A DNA stretch of 64,000 nt from Promethearchaeia archaeon. Lineage in GTDB: Archaea; Asgardarchaeota; Lokiarchaeia; Sigyniarchaeales; SOKP01. The notes under the pieces were generated by a model. That model was not told the origin of the DNA, searched no databases, and worked only from the letters and a program-made list of their open reading frames with translations. Each line of letters begins with the position of its first letter. Position 1 is the stretch's first letter. The stretch spans positions 117,506 through 181,505 of the forward strand of contig JAHQWK010000011.1 in NCBI GenBank assembly GCA_029856145.1, in the 5' to 3' direction. Below, in pieces: positions 50,175-61,403 of the stretch. The position numbers were made by a program, and so were the translations under genes.

Positions 50175-51662
50175 ATGTCAATAAAAAAAATACAATGGGT
50201 AAGAAATCCAAAAATTCTTGAAATTAATACCGTTCCATGGCTTCACTCATTATCAGAAATTTATAATATCCCAATAAATTTGAAGAATATTCCCGAACAA
50301 GTATTTAACCAAGAGATTAGATTATTTGACGCAGTATGGTTAATGGGCGTTTGGGAAAGAAGTCCTTCTAGTAAAAATATAGCTCTTGAACATCCTGATC
50401 TATTAAAAGAGTATCATAAGGCTTTACATGATTTTAGGGATGAAGATGTTATAGGTTCACCTTATGCTGTATATTATTATCATGTTGACAAAAATATTGG
50501 GGGAATAGATGGCTTAAAGGAAGCCCGGGAGAAATTAGCTGAACGAGATATTCAATTAATATTAGATTACGTCCCTAATCATGTTTCTATCGATTCTTTA
50601 TGGACATTTGAATCAGATCTATTTATTGAGGGAACGTTAGATGATTTAATGTCTCATCCATATGATTATTTCAGTATTGGTGAAAAAATATTTGCCTATG
50701 GTCGCGACCCCAATTTTCCATCTTGGACAGATACAATCCAAATTAATGCATTTTCAGAAGATGCCAGAAATAAAACAGTTAACACATTACTCAGTATTGC
50801 TGAACTTTGTGATGGAGTTCGATGTGATATGGCTATGTTGATGACTAACAAAGTTTTTAGTAAAACTTGGGGTGAAAAAGCGGGAGTCATTCCTGATAAA
50901 GAATTTTGGGAAGAAACCATTCCAGCTATTAAAGAAAAATATCCAGATTTTATTTTTATAGCAGAAGTATATTGGGGTATGGAATGGGAACTTCAACATC
51001 AAGGATTCGATTTCTGCTATGATAAAAGGTTATATGAAAGATTAGTCTATGAGAATGTTAATGCTATTAAAGATCATCTAAAAGCAGAATGGGCTTTTCA
51101 AAGTAAACTTGTTAGATTTATTGAAAATCACGATGAATTAAGAGCTATTGAGAAATTTGGGGAAGAAAAATCACGAGCAGCAGCGATTATAACAACAACT
51201 TTACCTGGAGTAAGATTAATACATGAAGGTCAAATTCATGGTTATAAAATAAAATTACCTGTCCAATTAGGAAGGCGACCTTTTGAAGAGAAAAATAGTC
51301 AAGTGTTAAATTTTTATCTAAGTTTATTAAATGCAATACCAAGTCAAGATTTTAAGACCCCTAACTGGTCACTCTGTGAAGTAGAACCAATTAATAATGA
51401 TGATGATTCATTTTCAAATATAATCTCTTATTTATGGTGGAAAGATAGTAATTATCGCCTCGTTGTTGTTAATTATAGTTCAAATTACTCAAAAGCTCAT
51501 GTAAAAATAAGTCCATTCCATTTTGACACCTATAAGTGGAGATTTACTGATTTACTTGATAATAAATCTTATACTTTTCATGGAGAGGATTTGTATAAGC
51601 ATGGATTATATATTGAATTAAATGCATGGAAAGGACATATTTTTGAAATTTCGAAGGAGTAA
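50175..51662 (+). CDS. GH13 alpha-amylase-family glycosidase
   Basis: LDYVPNH, DGVRCDMA, FIAEVY, FIENHDE (regions I-IV). Confidence 0.92.
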   Translation: MSIKKIQWVRNPKILEINTVPWLHSLSEIYNIPINLKNIPEQVFNQEIRLFDAVWLMGVWERSPSSKNIALEHPDLLKEYHKALHDFRDEDVIGSPYAVYYYHVDKNIGGIDGLKEAREKLAERDIQLILDYVPNHVSIDSLWTFESDLFIEGTLDDLMSHPYDYFSIGEKIFAYGRDPNFPSWTDTIQINAFSEDARNKTVNTLLSIAELCDGVRCDMAMLMTNKVFSKTWGEKAGVIPDKEFWEETIPAIKEKYPDFIFIAEVYWGMEWELQHQGFDFCYDKRLYERLVYENVNAIKDHLKAEWAFQSKLVRFIENHDELRAIEKFGEEKSRAAAIITTTLPGVRLIHEGQIHGYKIKLPVQLGRRPFEEKNSQVLNFYLSLLNAIPSQDFKTPNWSLCEVEPINNDDDSFSNIISYLWWKDSNYRLVVVNYSSNYSKAHVKISPFHFDTYKWRFTDLLDNKSYTFHGEDLYKHGLYIELNAWKGHIFEISKE

Positions 51663-51730
51663 TATATTGAAAATTTATTTAGAGAAAAATAAATTATATT
51701 ACCAAAAGAATCAAAAAGAGATTTTGAAAT

Positions 51731-53584
51731 TTAGTGAACTGTAACCGTTTTTGCAAGATTTAATGGTTTATCAGGATCTAAATTATGTTCAAGGGCTGCA
51801 TAATAAGCTAATAATTGTAGGGCTGGAATAAAAGTTATTGAACTAAAAAGACTATGATATTTATCCTCAGGTTGAGGTATTCGAATTGTAATATCACTCA
51901 GATTAGTAATCTTTACGTCGCTTTCTACGACTAATGAAATAATTTTACCCCCTCTTGCTTTAAATTCCATAACATTTCCAACCAACCTTTCATAGGTTTC
52001 ATCTGGAGGTGCGATAAAGATAATAGGGTATCCCTCTCTTACTAAAGAAATTGGTCCATGTTTTGCATGTGCTGCTGAATATCCTTCAATAAAACGACAA
52101 GCAACTTCTTTTAATTTTAACCCCCCTTCTTTTGCTGTTGCTATTGAAGCGCCACGGGCTAGAAAGAAAAAATTTAGATTTTTTTCTAAGTTTTTTACAA
52201 TATATTTAATTAAATCAACATTTTTTTCAAGAAAGTTCTCTATAATATCAGGGACAGATTGTAAAGCCTCATAATATTTCTGAATTTCTTCATTTGACAG
52301 TTTTTTTCTCAATTTAGCAATCTCTAAAGCGACTAATGCAAGTGTTAGAACTTGGGAAACATATGTTTTAGTAGCAGCAACTCCAATTTCAGGACCTGCT
52401 TGAGTAATTAAAACTTGATCTGAATGTCTAGTAAGTGTTGATCCAACAATATTTGTAATTGATAATATTTTTACACTTGGATTATATTTTTTTGCCCATC
52501 GAATTGGTTCAATTAGATCAATAGTTTCTCCCGATTGTGATACTGCTATTATTACAGAATTATCTTCAAGACAATTATCTAATTGAGTTTTAAATTCAGA
52601 ACATTCTATTGCTTCAATATATTTGCCAAGAAATTTTGTTACAATAAATTTTCCTGCTAATGAAGCATAGAAAGAGGTTCCAGCAGCTGTGATATATATA
52701 TGTTCTGCATTTATCAATGACTCAGAGAATTCTTTCAAAGACTCAGTAGGTATTTTCATAGTTCTTCTTAGAGCCATGGGTTCTTCATAAATCTCTTTCA
52801 ACATGAAGTGATCGTAGCCCTCCTTCTCAGCAGCACCAATATTCCAGTCAATAGTCATTAATTTTTTATTTTCTATTCTCTTTTCGCTCATTATATTGAA
52901 AAACTCAACACTATTGGGTCTTAAAATTGCTAATTCATCATCATCCAATATATAACATTTTCTAGTGTATTTTAAAAAAGCAGGAATATCAGATGCACAA
53001 TAAGTAGTGTTTTTCGCAATCCCTAAAACTAAGGGTGATTCTCTTCGAACAACAATAATAGTATCTGGATAATCAGCATGACAAATAGCCAGTGCAAACG
53101 CACCTTTACACTTTTTAATAGCAGAAACCACAGCTTCTTTTAAATTTCCATGAGTGTTCAAATTTTCTTCAATTAGATGAGGAATGATTTCTGTATCAGT
53201 TTCAGATTTAAAAACATGCCCCTTTGATATTAACTCCTCTTTCAGTTCAAAAAAATTTTCAAGAATTCCGTTATGTACTACGGCAATTTTATTATTACAA
53301 TCTAGCTGAGGATGACTATTAATCTTTGTCGGTGGACCGTGAGTTGCCCATCTGGTGTGAGCTAACGCAAGTTTAGAACCATTCGGAAACTCATTTAATT
53401 TCAACTTTTTATGGATCTCATCAATTTTACCAGAATCTTTTTTAACAAATAATTTTTTATTTGCTATATAAACAATTCCACAAGAATCATATCCACGATA
53501 TTCTAGGCGTTTTATTCCTTCGAATACATTATTACCTATGTTTAAATTCTCTTCATTAGTAACAATACCAAAGATGCCACACAT
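51731..53584 (-). CDS. glmS: Glutamine--fructose-6-phosphate transaminase
   Basis: MCGIFG start at 53584, RLEYRGYDS, HTRWATHG, SQSGET, NLAKTVTV. Confidence 0.96.
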   Translation of the reverse strand: MCGIFGIVTNEENLNIGNNVFEGIKRLEYRGYDSCGIVYIANKKLFVKKDSGKIDEIHKKLKLNEFPNGSKLALAHTRWATHGPPTKINSHPQLDCNNKIAVVHNGILENFFELKEELISKGHVFKSETDTEIIPHLIEENLNTHGNLKEAVVSAIKKCKGAFALAICHADYPDTIIVVRRESPLVLGIAKNTTYCASDIPAFLKYTRKCYILDDDELAILRPNSVEFFNIMSEKRIENKKLMTIDWNIGAAEKEGYDHFMLKEIYEEPMALRRTMKIPTESLKEFSESLINAEHIYITAAGTSFYASLAGKFIVTKFLGKYIEAIECSEFKTQLDNCLEDNSVIIAVSQSGETIDLIEPIRWAKKYNPSVKILSITNIVGSTLTRHSDQVLITQAGPEIGVAATKTYVSQVLTLALVALEIAKLRKKLSNEEIQKYYEALQSVPDIIENFLEKNVDLIKYIVKNLEKNLNFFFLARGASIATAKEGGLKLKEVACRFIEGYSAAHAKHGPISLVREGYPIIFIAPPDETYERLVGNVMEFKARGGKIISLVVESDVKITNLSDITIRIPQPEDKYHSLFSSITFIPALQLLAYYAALEHNLDPDKPLNLAKTVTVH

Positions 53585-53723
53585 TGCCACACATTTTACC
53601 AAATCATATTCAATGTTATCAAGTTAAAGATATTTTGAAAAATATTTTAAGATTATTGAATTTTGGATAATATAATATAAAATTAAAGAATAATTACAAT
53701 TGGGCTAAAAAAAACTAAAACCT

Positions 53724-55142
53724 TTATATGAGATTTAATTTCTGCATATTTCTCATTGCTACATTGTTCATTTCTATTGAGTGGTTTATATCTATGGTAG
53801 ATTCACCTGAAATTCTTAAATAAGGGCTTGTTCCAGATCTTCTTATTAAAAGCCAACCATCTTCAAAATCGAATCTACATCCATCCATTCTATTGATGTT
53901 TGCTTCTTCTTTTCCCAAATCATCAAAAGTCTCTTTCATTTCATTAATAATCATCTGATGAATTTCTTCTGTAAATGGGATATCCTGTTTTAGTGCAAAT
54001 TTCTCAGCATAGTATGGGTATTCAGGAATATCTTTTAATAATTCTTTTAAATTACTTCCTGTCTTGATTATCATTTGCAATATAGTAGCTATAGAAACTA
54101 TTGAATCAGGACCAAAATGATAATTAGGCCAGATATACGTGCCAGAAGTTTCACCTCCTAAAAAGCCACCATATTTTTGTAGTGCTAGAGATACCTTAAT
54201 ATCTCCAACTTCTGTTCGAATAACTTCACAACCAAGAGGATTTAAGACATCTTCAATTAGACTTGATGAATTAACAGGAGTTGCTACTTTCATTTCATCC
54301 TTGGATAATGTATTTTCTTGAATAATATGTGTTGCTAATAGTGTTAACAATCGAATTGGATCAACTATTTCACCAGCTTCATCTAAAAAGATAACTCTAT
54401 CAGCGTCTCCATCAAGTGCGATACCGATATCTCTTTGTTGAGAAATTTTTAAAAATTTAGATATTTGGATCAAATTCTCTTTACTTGGTTCTGAATGACG
54501 TCCAGGGAATCTCCCATCCATTTGACTATTTATTGTCATTATATTTATGTTATAAGTAGAAAGAAGTTTTGGCACTATATCACAGCCAGAACCATTCCCC
54601 GGATCTACAATAATATTTAACTTGCTTCCATCAAATTTTATACGATTGGTTATATCTGAAATATGAAGATCATTTATGTCATTAATTTCAGTTACTTTTC
54701 CTATCTGGTCATATTCAATTTTAAGAAAATCCTTCTCATCATAAATTCTCGAAATTTTAATTTCTTGTTCGGGAGAATATCCTACACCAGAGGGGTTCCA
54801 TAACTTTAACCCTATATATTCGGGAGTGTTATGTGAAGCAGTTATCATAACTCCAGCATCAGCCTCTAAAAAACGCAAAGATGCCGCTAAAGTAGGAGTA
54901 GTAACAATTCCTAAAGTTTTAACATTGCATCCACTACTGATAATTCCAGAAATTAGTGCATATTCTATTGGTAATGCTGAAATTCTAATATCTTTTCCAA
55001 TTACTACAGTGCCGCCATTTAAATACGTTCCTAGTGCTAACCCTACCTCAAGACTCATTATTGGTGTGAACATAAGATCTGATTCAGAATAATTTAAAAA
55101 TACACGACGTATACCGGAGGTACCAAAAATCGAATCTGTCAT
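53724..55142 (-). CDS. glmM: Phosphoglucosamine mutase / phosphohexomutase
   Basis: FGTSGIR, ITASHN, DGDADR, RRSGTSP all intact; directly upstream of glmS. Confidence 0.85.
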   Translation of the reverse strand: MTDSIFGTSGIRRVFLNYSESDLMFTPIMSLEVGLALGTYLNGGTVVIGKDIRISALPIEYALISGIISSGCNVKTLGIVTTPTLAASLRFLEADAGVMITASHNTPEYIGLKLWNPSGVGYSPEQEIKISRIYDEKDFLKIEYDQIGKVTEINDINDLHISDITNRIKFDGSKLNIIVDPGNGSGCDIVPKLLSTYNINIMTINSQMDGRFPGRHSEPSKENLIQISKFLKISQQRDIGIALDGDADRVIFLDEAGEIVDPIRLLTLLATHIIQENTLSKDEMKVATPVNSSSLIEDVLNPLGCEVIRTEVGDIKVSLALQKYGGFLGGETSGTYIWPNYHFGPDSIVSIATILQMIIKTGSNLKELLKDIPEYPYYAEKFALKQDIPFTEEIHQMIINEMKETFDDLGKEEANINRMDGCRFDFEDGWLLIRRSGTSPYLRISGESTIDINHSIEMNNVAMRNMQKLNLI

Positions 55143-55428
55143 AGTTTTCTTCTTAAGCAATATTATATTTTTTTACAATTACAACTGTATCTTAATATAA
55201 GATTAAGAAGGTTTTTTACTTTTTATATTTAATTTATGTAATTTTTCACTGTGGTATTGGGAAATTAATACAAGAATTAGATAAGAATTAGACATTAGCT
55301 AAATTTAACTGGTTTTTTTCTTCTTTTAAATACCGAATTTTAATAGAAAATGGAAAACTATTAATTTTTTCACAACAATAATTTAATAAGTATTGAAACA
55401 AGAGTTATATCTTTAGACTTTTAATCAA

Positions 55429-56907
55429 ATGATCTTTCAAGGATTATTCAACATTTTGGACCTTTATTTTAAAGAGACTGATCTATTCTATAATAATATT
55501 GATCTCTATTTCCGAGATAAAATCAATAGTTATTTTGTGGAAACTCATGTAAATAAGAATAATATAAACCAAAAAATTGAAGAACTCACAACATATCTTA
55601 TAAAGATATTGAAAGAAATTGGGTTTGAAAGGTCTGGTATTGAAAATGAATTCTTGGATCCATTTTTAGAATTAAGAAATAAAGAAAAAGAAAAAATTAC
55701 TTCAATAATAGAGCTTTATGAAATAAAGATAGCACCAATAATTTATGAAATCTTTTTAGAAACAATTGTTGATTATCTTGTGGATATTGAATTAGCCCCT
55801 TTAATGTTAAAGTTGAAATCTGAAGGTTTTCTAACAATTGAGTTTGTTATAGAACTTCGGAACTTGAAAAACTTGATTGAGAGCTCCCCTGAAAAGAGAG
55901 ATAATTTAAAAAAATATATTCAAATTCAAGAAAGAATTATTGATAAATTCAAAAGGAATAAACAAAATATTGAAAGTTTGGAAGATTTACCAGAGCCTCA
56001 ATTTAAACTTCAAATATTGTACTTAATTTATAGAATCATTCATTTCTTCCACCTTCAAAAGATGTTTGATTTTTCTCACTTAAAATCATATTTAGAAGGA
56101 AATGTGGATGAATGGTTAATAGATGTTCCTTTGGTTTCACTAAAAAATCCCGATATTTATTTTTGTGGCATTTATCTAGCTAAAAATCTGAATATTAATC
56201 TTGATGAGAAAAAAATTATCGATTTTTTAATAAATTTATATGAAGAAGCTATAGATAGATATGAATCTCCTCTCATCGAGGCTACTGACGGAGCTTATTA
56301 TTTCATCAAATCAACCGAAATGATGAGATTTTGGTTGGATTTTGAAAAAGTAAAGAATATTATTAAATCTGAACCGCAATTTTTTGAATCTAATTATTTA
56401 AAAAATCTAGAAACATCTCAATTAGTTGTTATATTAAAATTATATCACCATCTTGGAGTAAGTAAATTCGAAAATGAAAAAAGGGCAATCAAAGAAGAAA
56501 TTGAATTAAGAATAACACCAGAAGGAATCAAACAATTCAGAGAAGGATTTGTATCATCAGAAGCTACATATTATGTTCTCTTTTGTAATTATATGAACAA
56601 TTCACTTGATAAGCTAAAAGATTTTAATCTTTTAAAAAATGTTGTGTCTCGTATCTATAGGAATTTAGAACTTCTTGATTTTTCAATAGATACAAATTAT
56701 GATTTAATAAGTGAATTATTTTACTCAATTGAAAGTTTAAAATTATTCAATTGTATAGAAACTAAAGAAATGATAATTCATCTAGCAAAATTTTTGTTTC
56801 CACAAGAAATTAATGAAAGAATCTCAATCACTAAAGAAATAATTAGGGAAAAAGCAAAATTCAGACATTTGAAAGTGGATAGAGTTACTGGAGAAACAAT
56901 TTATTAG
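55429..56907 (+). CDS. Hypothetical helical protein, possible alpha/alpha-barrel C-terminus
   Basis: 492-aa ORF with repeated EATDGAYY / SEATYY-like helices. Confidence 0.6.
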   Translation: MIFQGLFNILDLYFKETDLFYNNIDLYFRDKINSYFVETHVNKNNINQKIEELTTYLIKILKEIGFERSGIENEFLDPFLELRNKEKEKITSIIELYEIKIAPIIYEIFLETIVDYLVDIELAPLMLKLKSEGFLTIEFVIELRNLKNLIESSPEKRDNLKKYIQIQERIIDKFKRNKQNIESLEDLPEPQFKLQILYLIYRIIHFFHLQKMFDFSHLKSYLEGNVDEWLIDVPLVSLKNPDIYFCGIYLAKNLNINLDEKKIIDFLINLYEEAIDRYESPLIEATDGAYYFIKSTEMMRFWLDFEKVKNIIKSEPQFFESNYLKNLETSQLVVILKLYHHLGVSKFENEKRAIKEEIELRITPEGIKQFREGFVSSEATYYVLFCNYMNNSLDKLKDFNLLKNVVSRIYRNLELLDFSIDTNYDLISELFYSIESLKLFNCIETKEMIIHLAKFLFPQEINERISITKEIIREKAKFRHLKVDRVTGETIY

Positions 56908-57022
56908 TTTAGATTAGATCTTGATTATTTTTGTTTATTTAATGAATTTAATATATAATATCATTAAGACTAAAAATTATTTATTAATCTTAATCATTTT
57001 ACTAAGATAATAAAAAAACCTA

Positions 57023-58510
57023 TTGATATTTATGGATTTAAAAGATTTTGAACTAATTTATAAAGAAAATCGAAATGAAATTAAAGATAAACAGAAGATA
57101 GAGAAAAGACTAAGAGAAATTGTTGGAGATAACAATGTTTCAACGAATGAGATTGATATTTTAGCTTATACAAAGGATGCATCCCTTATAACGTTAAATT
57201 GGGCAATTCAAGGAAAAATTGCAGGTTTACCTGATTTTATAACGTGGCCAGAAACGATAAAACAGATATGCGAAATTTTAAAGTTTGTAAATCAAGAGAA
57301 GATCCCAGTCATACCTTATGGAGAAGGATCTGGAGTTGTTGGGGGCGCAATAGCTATTCGGGGTGGAATTATTATTGATATGAAAAAATTTAATAAAATT
57401 CTCGAAATTAATGATAAAAATTTGACTGTTACGGCTCAAACTGGTATTAATGGAATGAATTTAGAACGTTATTTAAATGCTAAAGGATATACAACGGGTC
57501 ATATACCTCAATCTCTCTACATTTCCTCTTTAGGTGGATGGATAGCACATCGTGCTGCCGGTCAATTCAGTACTAAATATGGAAAGATAGAAGATATTAT
57601 CTTAGGAATGGAGGTTATTTTACCTCAAGGTGACATTGTAGATTTTAAAACAACCCCCAGAGCTTCAACAGGACCTCAACTTGAAAAATTATTTATAGGT
57701 GGAGAAGGTACTCTTGGAATAGTTACCAAAGCTACTCTAAAGATTTGGCCGAGTCCAGAAAAAAGAAAATTAATCTCTTATGCTTTTCCTTCCATTGAAG
57801 ATTCTTTTGATGCCACACGACAAATATTAAGAGAAAATATATATCCTGCAGTTATACGAATTTATGATCAATTTGAAACAATGAGACATTTTCCAGATAT
57901 TGATAATGCAAAAGATAAAGTTATGGTTATATTTGTCTGTGAGGGAAATACAAAGCTCGTCGACTTGGAAGAATCGATCACTAGAGAAAAATGTGAGAAT
58001 AATTTTGGTGTAGATTGTGGAGTACACCCCGTAGAACATTGGTTTGAGACTAGATTTAGAGTAACAGAAACTTCAGCAATGCCCCCATATAAAATAGTAT
58101 TTGACACGATTGAAGTTGCTTCTCTTTGGGAAAATGCATCAGATATCTATCATAACGTTTTAGAATCAATGAAAAAACTACAAGGTGTTATAATGATTAC
58201 TGCTCATGTTTCACACTTTTATCCAAATGGAGTTGGGATTTATTTCAGTTTTGGTGGAGTCCCTGCAAAAGAGCAAACAGATTTGGAGTATTACCAAAAA
58301 TGCTGGGATACAATAATTAAGGCAGTATTAGATGCTGGTGGCTCAATTGCCCACCATCATGGAATAGGTATTAATAGAGCTCATTGGATGGAAAGCGAGT
58401 TGGGTGAATCTATGAATACTTTAAAAGATATTAAAAAATTACTTGATCCAAATAATATTCTAAATCCAGGGAAAATTTATGTAAACACTTGGAAAGGAGG
58501 TGAAAAATAA
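57023..58510 (+). CDS. FAD-binding oxidoreductase, VAO/GlcD family, alkyl-DHAP-synthase-like
   Basis: PYGEGSGVVGG, GHIPQS..SSLGGW, KYGKIED, GGEGTLGIVT, HHHGIG, DPNNILNPGK. Confidence 0.88.
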   Translation: MIFMDLKDFELIYKENRNEIKDKQKIEKRLREIVGDNNVSTNEIDILAYTKDASLITLNWAIQGKIAGLPDFITWPETIKQICEILKFVNQEKIPVIPYGEGSGVVGGAIAIRGGIIIDMKKFNKILEINDKNLTVTAQTGINGMNLERYLNAKGYTTGHIPQSLYISSLGGWIAHRAAGQFSTKYGKIEDIILGMEVILPQGDIVDFKTTPRASTGPQLEKLFIGGEGTLGIVTKATLKIWPSPEKRKLISYAFPSIEDSFDATRQILRENIYPAVIRIYDQFETMRHFPDIDNAKDKVMVIFVCEGNTKLVDLEESITREKCENNFGVDCGVHPVEHWFETRFRVTETSAMPPYKIVFDTIEVASLWENASDIYHNVLESMKKLQGVIMITAHVSHFYPNGVGIYFSFGGVPAKEQTDLEYYQKCWDTIIKAVLDAGGSIAHHHGIGINRAHWMESELGESMNTLKDIKKLLDPNNILNPGKIYVNTWKGGEK

Positions 58511-59785
58511 ATGGGTGTTGAAGAAACATTAAAAAAATATAGTTGGATTTTACCGCTTATCCAAAAAGCTGATAGAGCAACCAGATCAATGATAATGAAG
58601 AATTTTAGGCAAAAAAAGACAAATTTTTATCCTGAAGGCGAAGTTAAAGCTGATGTTGGAAATTTAATTAATTGCATGCTTTGCCCAAATATGTGTCGCT
58701 TCGATTGCGGGACTTTGGTTGCTTCACAAAACGAAAGTATGAGTCCTGCTTATAAAGCTAGAATTGGTTACTATATAACAATGGGATTGATAGATCCAAT
58801 GAAAAAAGAAAACAAGGCTTTCATTGATTTGATGTACAAATGTACAAATGAGGAAAACTGTAAGATTTGGTGCCCTTTTGATTTTTCTGTCGTATCACTT
58901 TTAGAAACTGTCAGAGATGATTTAAATGATAAAGGATTAATGCCAGAATATTGCAAAAAGCAAATAAATAAATTAAATAAGACCAATACCATAGAAGATT
59001 ACAATATTTTCGAAACTTATGAGGAAAAAGGAATAGAAAATACAGAAACAGATGGGAACGATGATGTTTTTTATTATATTGGATGTGAATCTATGAAATT
59101 TCCTGAAGTAGTAAAAGCAAATATTCAAATTTTAAAAAAAGCAGGAGTCCATTTTTCAACCAATCTTGAGAAAAAAGTTTGTTGTGGCGGTCCAGCTTTT
59201 AATATTAGAGATCTAGAAACTGCTAAAGAATTTGCTAATAAAAATAAAGAACTGATTGAATCTTCTGGTGCTGAAATTATTATATCAGACTGTCCTGGCT
59301 GTGTTCTAACTTTAACAAATAGATATGAAAAAGCGGGAATTAAAATTGAAAAGCAAATACTCCATACTGTTCAATATTTTAAGAAATTAATAGATAATGG
59401 AAAATTAAGATTCAAAAATAGCATTCCAGAAGAGTATAGAAAGATAACAATTCATGATCCTTGTCTAATTGCGAGGAATCTAAAGGATACAGAATCAATT
59501 AGAGAAATTCTTAAGAAAATTCCAAGTTTAGAAGTAGTTGAACCTATTTATAATAAAGAATATGTTCATTGTTGTGGTTGGAGTGGTACTGCCCATTGGG
59601 CAGATAAAGACTTAGCTGTTAAAGAAGCACGAAATAGAATTAATGAATTAAAGGAAACGGGAATGAGCGTATTTGTTTCTGCTTGCCCTCTTTGCGAACT
59701 AGGACTAGGTTATGGGATTGCAGAATCTGAAAAAGAAAAATATAATATACTAGATATATCTGAATTATTATTAACATTACTTTAA
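58511..59785 (+). CDS. Fe-S oxidoreductase with CCG domains (GlpC/HdrD-like)
   Basis: CMLCPNMCRFDC, CTNEENCKIWCP, CCGG, CPGC, HDPC, CCGW, ACPLC; GGAGGTGA SD. Confidence 0.88.
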   Translation: MGVEETLKKYSWILPLIQKADRATRSMIMKNFRQKKTNFYPEGEVKADVGNLINCMLCPNMCRFDCGTLVASQNESMSPAYKARIGYYITMGLIDPMKKENKAFIDLMYKCTNEENCKIWCPFDFSVVSLLETVRDDLNDKGLMPEYCKKQINKLNKTNTIEDYNIFETYEEKGIENTETDGNDDVFYYIGCESMKFPEVVKANIQILKKAGVHFSTNLEKKVCCGGPAFNIRDLETAKEFANKNKELIESSGAEIIISDCPGCVLTLTNRYEKAGIKIEKQILHTVQYFKKLIDNGKLRFKNSIPEEYRKITIHDPCLIARNLKDTESIREILKKIPSLEVVEPIYNKEYVHCCGWSGTAHWADKDLAVKEARNRINELKETGMSVFVSACPLCELGLGYGIAESEKEKYNILDISELLLTLL

Positions 59786-59813
59786 TATTTAAATTAATAA
59801 TTTAAGTGGTTAT

Positions 59814-61274
59814 ATGAGCGATTTGATTTGTATATTTGATGTTGGAACGACTGGGGCAAGAACAATTGTATTTGATATTAATGGTAAAGAAGTTGCTAAA
59901 GCTTATGAAGAATATCCTGTTATAAAGCAGCCAATAGGAATTTCTGAGCAAAATCCAATAATTTGGTGGAATGCTGTTAAAAATACATGTAATAAAGTGG
60001 CTAGAACAATTAATCTTGAAGATATAATTGGAATAACTGCAACATTTCTTCGAGCAGCAGTAACAATTATTGATAAAAAAGGTGAAGTACTCCATCCTGC
60101 TTTAACTTGGATGGATGAAAGACAAGAACATACAGCAATAGAATGGAAAAAAGATGTGGATCTCAGAAGATCGATTCCAAAAATACTCTGGGTTAAGAAT
60201 AATAAACCAGATTTATTCAGTAGATCTGATAAAATTATCCATACTGATTCCTATATTTATATGAAATTATGTGAAGAATGTGTAACAGACCCAACAATGG
60301 GGATTTGGGGAATATTAGATAATAATTCACTTGAATGGGATGAGGGATTAGCGGAACGCTTTGATTTACCCATAGACCTTTGGCCAGAATTGCATCGACC
60401 CGGAGAAATTATTGGTGAATTATCCAGTAGTGCTGCGGATGTTTTAGGTTTAAAGAAAAACATTCCTATTATAACAGGGGGCAGTGATCAACAATGTTCA
60501 GCATTGGGATTAGGTGTTATTAATGTAGGTCAAGCTAAAGCTACTACTGGGACAGGAACATTTGTAGATTATGTTGTAGATCACCCTATTGAACCCGCGG
60601 GAGATTTTCCTATTTTTTCACTACCTTCTGTTATAAAGGGTAAGTGGAATATTGAGGGTGTTTATCCAGGAACGGGTGATGCATTAAAATGGTTTGCGAA
60701 TAATTTCTCACAATTACATCTTAAACAAAGCCAAGAGCAGGGTAAAAATGTGTATGACATGCTAACTTCAGAAGCAGCAACGATTCCCCCCGGAAGTGGA
60801 GGATTGCTATTTTTAACGGCATTATCTATCTTCCGAAAAGGGACAATTCATGGTTTAGATTGGAATCATACTAGAGCGCATATAATACGTTCGATAATGG
60901 AATCCGCTGCCCTGGGTACTCGATATTATCTCCAAACAACTGAAGCAATGGGGGGTGAAAAAACAACTGAATTAAGAGTTGATGGAGGAGGAATGAATAG
61001 TGATTTATGGGTTCAAATTTTTGCAGATACTATAGAGAAAAAAATATTAGTTTCAGAGAATAAAGATGGTGCTGCTATGGGTGCAGCGATTTTGGGATAT
61101 TTAGGATGTAAAAGATATAATACAATTGAGAAAGCTGTTGAAAATATGATTAGATTTCCTACATTTAAAAATCCAATTAAAGAAAATTCAAAAATATATA
61201 GAAAATTATATAGAATTTTTCTACCAACACTTCTAGAAATTTATTCAAAAAAGCGAGTCACTAAAGATTTATAA
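59814..61274 (+). CDS. FGGY-family carbohydrate kinase
   Basis: FDVGTTG, TWMDER, GGSDQQ, TGTG, VDGGG..W.QIFAD. Confidence 0.92.
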   Translation: MSDLICIFDVGTTGARTIVFDINGKEVAKAYEEYPVIKQPIGISEQNPIIWWNAVKNTCNKVARTINLEDIIGITATFLRAAVTIIDKKGEVLHPALTWMDERQEHTAIEWKKDVDLRRSIPKILWVKNNKPDLFSRSDKIIHTDSYIYMKLCEECVTDPTMGIWGILDNNSLEWDEGLAERFDLPIDLWPELHRPGEIIGELSSSAADVLGLKKNIPIITGGSDQQCSALGLGVINVGQAKATTGTGTFVDYVVDHPIEPAGDFPIFSLPSVIKGKWNIEGVYPGTGDALKWFANNFSQLHLKQSQEQGKNVYDMLTSEAATIPPGSGGLLFLTALSIFRKGTIHGLDWNHTRAHIIRSIMESAALGTRYYLQTTEAMGGEKTTELRVDGGGMNSDLWVQIFADTIEKKILVSENKDGAAMGAAILGYLGCKRYNTIEKAVENMIRFPTFKNPIKENSKIYRKLYRIFLPTLLEIYSKKRVTKDL

Positions 61275-61403
61275 TTTTTTTTTATTTATTAACACTTTTT
61301 CAAGATGATTAGGAGTTAAAATCAGCAATTTTGAAAATTTAGTAAAGTATTTTTGGAATATATTATTTCAAAAATTATAGAATATAATAAGTTTCTAGCT
61401 CAC

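Noticed and set aside
53585-53723. Possible glmS ribozyme upstream of glmS
   Set aside because: Short, AT-rich spacer with no recognisable ribozyme core
132-60463. Numerous 60-106 aa ORFs overlapping larger genes (e.g. 132-374, 12722-13042, 24024-24344, 30227-30547, 59802-60095)
   Set aside because: Nested in or antisense to well-supported genes, with no motifs
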